Virus record (IMG/VR): IMGVR_UViG_3300028840_005764
Span: 1 to 64,000 of that record
Source of the DNA: a virus
Reading direction: 5' to 3' (one strand)
DNA: 64,000 bases
The notes under the pieces were generated by a model, which did not search any database, was not told the origin of the DNA, and saw only the letters and a list, made by a program, of their open reading frames with translations. This document shows positions 58,451 to 64,000 of this stretch, in pieces (the stretch's first letter is position 1; the number at the start of each line of letters is the position of its first letter). The translations under genes were made by a program, and so were the position numbers.

Positions 58451-59950
58451 ATGAGCAAACGTTTCACTATCTATGTGTCGCCATCAGAATGTTCGATCGA
58501 GCCACAACTTCCCATTCGTGTCGTGCGTGCCATCAATAAAGTCACGTCGTTTGAGTTGCCAGGAGCTTGGGTTTCTGGTTTTGGACCGCGAAGGAGATAC
58601 TTGTTTTCGCAGGCTAAGCAGAAATTTCCGGTCGGGCTTCTGAAACGCGTGCGTAGAACAATAAAGAAAAATGGGTATAGAACTAAGACAATTGATTATA
58701 GAGATGAAGTAGATGTTGATGAAGATCAATTATCAGATGTGATTGATAGCCTTGATAGAATACCGAGATGGTATCAAGTAGAAGGTATTGTATCAGGTAT
58801 CAAATATCCATATGGATTATTTTGGTGGCCAACTGGTTCAGGAAAAACCACGCTTTTTAGTGTGTTGTTATTATGCTATGACATCCCCTCCCTTATCCTA
58901 ACTCACAGGCGTGAGTTGCTATACCAATTGAAGTCTCAGATTTCCGCCATTACAGACCATGAAGTTGGAATCATTGGTGACGGAAAATGGAAACCCAAAA
59001 AGTGGACTGTTGGTATCGTAAATAGTTTTATAAATAAAGGCTCGATACGAGACACACGTGTTAAAGAATATTTGAACACTGTTGAGTATTTGATTATAGA
59101 TGAGTGTCATCATTTGGGCGCAAGTACATGGATCAATATAGCCAGAGGATGTAGAAATACCAAAGCTCGTCATGGTTTCTCTGGGACATGTTTCAGAACA
59201 GACAATGCAGACCTCTTACTTCTGGCACATACCGGAGATGTGATTAGTAAATTCACTACAAGTTATATGATAGACAATGGTTGGTTGTCTAGGCCGCATA
59301 TATACTCAGATGAAATAAATTACAAAGGGGAGACTGGTTCTGGTAGTAGTTGGCACACAGTACAGAAAGAACTCATTGTCGATAATCTGATAAGAAATCT
59401 GAAAGGTTGTAAGTTTATATACGATAATTATTGTAAGAATTTACAAGTATTGGTTATGGTAAATCGTATTGCACACGGTCATGTGCTTCGTTCAATGCTG
59501 CAGGGCGAATATGGTGTTGAAGGTCGCGATATTAGATTCATGACTGGCAGCGAGGCGTGGAATGTCAGAGAAAAGGCGCTTGAGGATTATCGTTCTGGGG
59601 TATATCCAATATTGATAGGGACTTCGATTTATGACGAGGGTATTGATTTACCAACCGTTGGCGCGGCGGCGAATATGGCTGGTGGTGATAGTGATATCAA
59701 AACCACACAGCGTCTTGGCCGCGCGATACGCAAGGTACCTACCCCTGGCGAGGCTGATGTAGATCCTGATACGGAACAAACAGTCAACTACTACGATCCT
59801 TTTGATAAGGGTCACGCATTTGTCAGAAAACACAGCAAACACAGACACGCAGTATATGAAAATGAAAAAGCCTTTGTTAAGTGTGGTGCATGGGGAGAAT
59901 CAATTGATAAAAAGACATCCAAGACCAAAGCTTCCAAAAAAAGATGTTGA
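58451..59950 (+). CDS. Superfamily 2 DNA helicase (UvsW/ResIII-like)
   Basis: RWYQ Q-motif, Walker A PTGSGKT, DECHH, SGT, EGIDLP, QRLGRAIR. Confidence 0.9.
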   Translation: MSKRFTIYVSPSECSIEPQLPIRVVRAINKVTSFELPGAWVSGFGPRRRYLFSQAKQKFPVGLLKRVRRTIKKNGYRTKTIDYRDEVDVDEDQLSDVIDSLDRIPRWYQVEGIVSGIKYPYGLFWWPTGSGKTTLFSVLLLCYDIPSLILTHRRELLYQLKSQISAITDHEVGIIGDGKWKPKKWTVGIVNSFINKGSIRDTRVKEYLNTVEYLIIDECHHLGASTWINIARGCRNTKARHGFSGTCFRTDNADLLLLAHTGDVISKFTTSYMIDNGWLSRPHIYSDEINYKGETGSGSSWHTVQKELIVDNLIRNLKGCKFIYDNYCKNLQVLVMVNRIAHGHVLRSMLQGEYGVEGRDIRFMTGSEAWNVREKALEDYRSGVYPILIGTSIYDEGIDLPTVGAAANMAGGDSDIKTTQRLGRAIRKVPTPGEADVDPDTEQTVNYYDPFDKGHAFVRKHSKHRHAVYENEKAFVKCGAWGESIDKKTSKTKASKKRC

Positions 59951-60443
59951 AGAAGCGACAACAGGTAGTGTTGTTGATTTTTCAAAGATCAGACAAGCAT
60001 CTAAAAATCGCAAAAAACAAAAGTTATCAGAGGCACGAAATGCTAAGGTAATAATGTCTCAATTGAAGAAAATGTTTCAAGAATTACATGAAGAAATATT
60101 TGGTACACAGTTTCCATTCAAAGGAAAAACTCATTTTGTTACTGTGCGAACTAAAGGGAAGTTGATCAGGAGACGTTATCGTTCTGATAGCTCTGTGTTA
60201 TATGAGATATATAAATATAATAAGGCTATCTACGGTATAGATTTAGATGATTTTAAAAGATTTCTATTATATGTGTTTAATACAATTGAAAATACTACTA
60301 TCAAAAATGTAAGGCAAGTTATGTCAGTGTTGTCTGATGAATCTGATAAATATTTCATAGAAAAATACAAACGCCAAATAGGCAAAAGAAAACTAAAGAA
60401 ACAAATGAGAAGAGTTGAAGAGGATGCAAAGTTTTTTGAGTGA
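59904..60443 (+). CDS. Basic hypothetical protein, candidate initiator/loader partner
   Basis: TTG 59904 with SD GGGGAG (the track ORF starts at 59802). Sits directly upstream of the DnaC-like gene. Confidence 0.5.
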   Translation: MIKRHPRPKLPKKDVEEATTGSVVDFSKIRQASKNRKKQKLSEARNAKVIMSQLKKMFQELHEEIFGTQFPFKGKTHFVTVRTKGKLIRRRYRSDSSVLYEIYKYNKAIYGIDLDDFKRFLLYVFNTIENTTIKNVRQVMSVLSDESDKYFIEKYKRQIGKRKLKKQMRRVEEDAKFFE

Positions 60444-61266
60444 AGATAAGGATGAATGTAGGGTTTCACTGGTATCGCAACAAGCAGCGAAACTCAAAAC
60501 AGAACTCATCGGTAGTTGCCAACGATGTGATGGAAGAGGACGTATATTAACTCCATATTTTTCTGAACAAACTCTATCGTTGAGAACATTTCCTTGTAAA
60601 TGTTATAGAAGATTTATTTATTTATTCGATATGATGGTTTCAGGAGTATCTTATGAAATGGCGCGTGAAATAATAGATATAAAATGGGAAGACACAGAAG
60701 TTGTGGAATTAGATATATTCGCTGGCAAAGAATATCCACGTGGTAAAACACAATTGTATGCAGATAACTTATCTCCGTACATGAAGAACATGGAAAAGGT
60801 TATTGATAGAGGATACAGTTTTCTATTTATAGGTGTCAACAATACTGGAAAAACTTTTGCGTCAATGAAAGTATTACATCATTTCCTTAAATATAAGCAT
60901 AGCGGACATTTTATAAAGTTTCGCAAATTGATGAAGCTTATTAATGATTCATTTCAAAGCGATAAAAAAGGTAGATTTTCCAGAGATTTATTGAATGAGA
61001 TTGCTAATGTCGATTTATTAATTATAGATGAGTTTGGTAAGGAGACAGGCAAAAGAGAACATATCGCAGCAGAGGCTGAAGAGTTGCTTAAAGATCGTGA
61101 TATGGCTAGAAAGCCCACTATTGTGATAACGAATAATACTTATAAAGAATTGCAAGAACTTTATACAATGAATATTGTAGGTGCATTCATAAGAAATTAT
61201 AGAGCATTATTATTTAATCCCAAAAAGAATTTTAGAAAGCTCGCCAGAGAAGATTGGTATAAATAA
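60415..61266 (+). CDS. DnaC/IstB-like AAA+ helicase loader
   Basis: N-terminal CxxCxGxG...PCxC, Walker A GVNNTGKT, Walker B LLIIDEFG, PTIVITN. Confidence 0.85.
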   Translation: MKRMQSFLSEDKDECRVSLVSQQAAKLKTELIGSCQRCDGRGRILTPYFSEQTLSLRTFPCKCYRRFIYLFDMMVSGVSYEMAREIIDIKWEDTEVVELDIFAGKEYPRGKTQLYADNLSPYMKNMEKVIDRGYSFLFIGVNNTGKTFASMKVLHHFLKYKHSGHFIKFRKLMKLINDSFQSDKKGRFSRDLLNEIANVDLLIIDEFGKETGKREHIAAEAEELLKDRDMARKPTIVITNNTYKELQELYTMNIVGAFIRNYRALLFNPKKNFRKLAREDWYK

Positions 61267-62591
61267 TGGCTGAACCCACTATTGAACGAGACATAGTTCT
61301 TGGTGCCCTGCACGATGAAAATTTTATGCCAGTTCTCCTCGATTCAAATGTGAGAGGAGATCATTTTGATAAATCTGTATTCGGTTGGATCATTGATAAA
61401 TGCGTGGATTTTTGGCTGAGCGATAAGTATGGTCGTACAAAAATCAACAAAACAGCATTAAAGAACTATGTTGAAAGGGATAGCGAATTAGATGAAGCAA
61501 AAGCGAAAAAATATTTACGTGTTATAAAAAAACTATACAAAACAGATCCTGAAAATGCGAGGTATTCGTTAGCTGAGTTACAAAAATTCTCGAGATATAA
61601 AGACTTTCTAGGGACTATGGAAAAGACTGTTGACAAAATTGAGAAAAATACAGATGTAGATGAGGCAATTGATTTCGTTCATAAGCAAATTCTAGAAATT
61701 GAAATGTCTAAACAGAAGGAGTGGGAGTCTAGAGATCTACTTATAGGTTTTGAAGAGAGACAAGAGTTTAGAAAACAACGTAAGTTACATCCGGAGAAAT
61801 TTAAAGTTTTTCGTTTTGGTATAAAAGGAGTTGATATACGAATTGCTAGGGGAATAATACCTGGATGGTTGGTTGCCATTGCAGCTAAAACCGGTATCGG
61901 CAAATCAATTTTCTGTATTCATGTTGGTTTATTTGGGTTATATCAGAAATTTAATGTTACACATATTATTACAGAGAATGAATTTGATCAGATTGAAGGT
62001 AGATATGATAGCCGCATTACGATGGTACCTTATCTTCTGTTACAGGGTTATGATTATGGTGGAAGACACGCACCATTGTTGTCTCAGGCAAGTCGCAATT
62101 TTGATATGTTGAGAGATATTGTTAATACAAATTTGAAAACTGTTAAATGTATACCTAATAAAACTAATATTTTAACAATATATAATATCCTTGAATATCT
62201 TGAAAGACGGGAAGGACACAAAACAGATTTGCTTATCATTGATTCGCCAGAACTGATGACATCAGTTGCAACTTTTAAGGAATATCGTCTGCAGAAAGCA
62301 GCTGTTTATTGGGAATTGAAATCACTGTTACTGGAGAAGAATATCATTGGTTTTGTTACATCACAACTTCGTTCCTCAACAGATGACTCTATGCCCACGG
62401 CAGAGGATATGAGTGAGGCTTATGATAAAGCGCGGTTACTAGATTATATGTTGGTATTGAGTAGAACTCAAAGGCATATCATTGAAGGAACTGCAGCTTT
62501 AACAATTGTCAAATCAAGAGATAGCGACAATGACGGCAGACCAATAGAACTCAATCCAGATTATAGTTGTATGATGATGGACGTTTCTTAA
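61266..62591 (+). CDS. dnaB: DnaB-like replicative helicase
   Basis: Walker A AAKTGIGKS, ITE (H1a), LLIID (H2), TSQL (H3), IVKSR (H4). Confidence 0.85.
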   Translation: MAEPTIERDIVLGALHDENFMPVLLDSNVRGDHFDKSVFGWIIDKCVDFWLSDKYGRTKINKTALKNYVERDSELDEAKAKKYLRVIKKLYKTDPENARYSLAELQKFSRYKDFLGTMEKTVDKIEKNTDVDEAIDFVHKQILEIEMSKQKEWESRDLLIGFEERQEFRKQRKLHPEKFKVFRFGIKGVDIRIARGIIPGWLVAIAAKTGIGKSIFCIHVGLFGLYQKFNVTHIITENEFDQIEGRYDSRITMVPYLLLQGYDYGGRHAPLLSQASRNFDMLRDIVNTNLKTVKCIPNKTNILTIYNILEYLERREGHKTDLLIIDSPELMTSVATFKEYRLQKAAVYWELKSLLLEKNIIGFVTSQLRSSTDDSMPTAEDMSEAYDKARLLDYMLVLSRTQRHIIEGTAALTIVKSRDSDNDGRPIELNPDYSCMMMDVS

Positions 62592-63661
62592 TGTATGTTG
62601 AGAAAAAAGATTTTATTAAATGGATTATAAATGAATTGGGTGCAAAACCCTCATATAAAAAAGATGAATATATATGCAATTGTCCTTTTTGTGATAAAAA
62701 CGAAAATCATTACGACTTTACAATAAATACAGAAAAAATGGTGATGAATTGTTGGCGAGGTTTCGATCGCCGTTGTGAGTCTGGGCATAATGTTCTGACT
62801 CTGTTGTCATTTTACTATGATGTGTCGTTCGAACGGGCGAAAGAACTTGTTAAAGAAAAGTTTGAGACAGAAAATTCTTTGCTAAGACTGAAAAAAAAGC
62901 TGAAAAATTTGGACAACAGGAGGATATTACAGATCGACACACAGAAAATATTATGGGATATGCCACGTGGAGTAGAATCGATTGAAGAACCAGTGACTGA
63001 TGGTGGAAAAAAAGCTAAGAAATGGCTGTTGAAAACTAGAAAAATACCTTTGGAACTTATAACTGCAATTAAACCATATTATTTTGGGAAGAATGTAGAT
63101 AAAAGATGGAGAAAATATAATGACAGAGTTTTCTTTCCGGTTGTATCGAAAAGTAATAAAGCGTGGATTGCCTATAGTATGGATAAAAAATCAACTAAAA
63201 AAAGACCGAAGACAATGAATCCTCCTGGATCAATATTGAGTAATATGCTTTTTATGTACGACTTCTGTTTTGACTCTAAAATCATTGTTGTCTGTGAGGG
63301 AATTTTTGATGCGTTACGTATGTTCATGTTTGGCTATGCGGCAGTGGCCATTTTCGGTGTGAATATATCAGGTTCACAACTAGATCTTCTTAATGATCTG
63401 GATGCTGATGAGCTTGTTGTATGCCTTGATCCAGATGCCAATAAAGTGGTGGTGGATAGTAAAGGAAGAAAAAGTTCAAAATCCTTCAAATTAGCTAGAG
63501 AAGTAGAACAGTTTTTTCTTGGTGACGTCAGCATCATGAAGCTGAAAAGGGAGGATCCTGATCGCTCAAGTTTCAAGGAGATTAGGATTTGCTACGGAAA
63601 CCGCGAGAGACTAGGGCGCAGTACCAGGCGTTTGAAAGCTCTACGCACCATGAGAACATGA
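62591..63661 (+). CDS. dnaG: DNA primase (zinc-binding domain + TOPRIM)
   Basis: CPFC...NCWR zinc domain, RVFFPV, VVCEGIFDA and CLDPDA TOPRIM motifs. TAATG overlap gives start 62591. Confidence 0.85.
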   Translation: MYVEKKDFIKWIINELGAKPSYKKDEYICNCPFCDKNENHYDFTINTEKMVMNCWRGFDRRCESGHNVLTLLSFYYDVSFERAKELVKEKFETENSLLRLKKKLKNLDNRRILQIDTQKILWDMPRGVESIEEPVTDGGKKAKKWLLKTRKIPLELITAIKPYYFGKNVDKRWRKYNDRVFFPVVSKSNKAWIAYSMDKKSTKKRPKTMNPPGSILSNMLFMYDFCFDSKIIVVCEGIFDALRMFMFGYAAVAIFGVNISGSQLDLLNDLDADELVVCLDPDANKVVVDSKGRKSSKSFKLAREVEQFFLGDVSIMKLKREDPDRSSFKEIRICYGNRERLGRSTRRLKALRTMRT

Positions 63662-63671
63662 GGAGTGACAG

Positions 63672-64000
63672 ATGGCGAAGAAGACGGCGAAGAAGAGCTC
63701 GAAGGCTAACACCAAAAAGAAGGCGGCGAAGAAGACCGCAAAAAAAGCAGCCAAGAAGCAGAGCACCAAGGCCAAGAAGAAGTCCAAGGACGCGGAAGAA
63801 AAGACAGACGAACCCGCTGACGAGGATGATTGCTTTGGCAGGCATTACGACGCAGGCAATAAGGTCTGTGACGAGCAGTGTGGTGTCAAGGACAAGTGTA
63901 TGGCCGAGTTCAAGAAGCTGAAGGGGTCTGATGACGACGATGAGGAGGAATCGAAAAAGGCCGATGCCAAGAAGAAGAAAAAAAGTAAAAAGGTCAAGGA
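63672..64000 (+). CDS. Histone-H1-like Lys/Ala-rich protein with a 4-Cys domain, 3'-truncated
   Basis: Not in the ORF track. SD GAGGAG, ATG 63672, MAKKTAKKSSKANTKKKAAKKTAKK...CFGRHYDAGNKVCDEQCGVKDKC..., open to the window end. Confidence 0.8.
   Translation, partial: MAKKTAKKSSKANTKKKAAKKTAKKAAKKQSTKAKKKSKDAEEKTDEPADEDDCFGRHYDAGNKVCDEQCGVKDKCMAEFKKLKGSDDDDEEESKKADAKKKKKSKKVK

Noticed and set aside
63589-63921. Arg-rich 110-aa ORF in the track
   Set aside because: Off-frame reading of the Lys-rich gene starting at 63672, which has the SD and a coherent sequence.
1-64000. Stop-codon reassignment, diversity-generating retroelement, invertible tail cassette, CRISPR array, introns/inteins
   Set aside because: Genes are intact in the standard code and end in all three stop codons. 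No RT, invertase, TR/VR pair, spaced repeat array or splicing motifs were seen.

Overview
The window is a contiguous, gene-dense segment of a large tailed dsDNA bacteriophage (Caudoviricetes), encoded entirely on the + strand. It is probably siphovirus-like: a tail tube is present and no sheath gene was recognised. Gene order: end of a prohead protease/scaffold gene, head decoration protein, lambda-gpE-like major capsid protein, a holin/spanin-like cluster, ~13 kb of accessory virion (decoration/fibre) genes, a receiver-domain + membrane coiled-coil + patatin cassette, neck/tail-completion genes, tail tube, frameshifted tail assembly chaperones, a 3517-aa tape measure protein, ~22 kb of very large tail-tip/adhesin genes, a 660-bp hairpin-rich intergenic region, and a replication operon (SF2 helicase, DnaC-like loader, DnaB-like helicase, primase, histone-H1-like protein running off the end). 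No tRNA, rRNA, CRISPR array, integrase, transposase, reverse transcriptase or endolysin was recognised. The most notable observations are: (1) an orphan response regulator tightly linked to a membrane protein and a patatin lipase; (2) an orphan RiPP-precursor-like peptide among virion genes; (3) a ~120-aa module repeatedly inserted inside other domains of tail proteins; (4) a tape measure protein with two sets of 'C-terminal' motifs; (5) a candidate hairpin origin containing d(GCGAAGC). All family assignments come from motif recognition by eye, not database searches.
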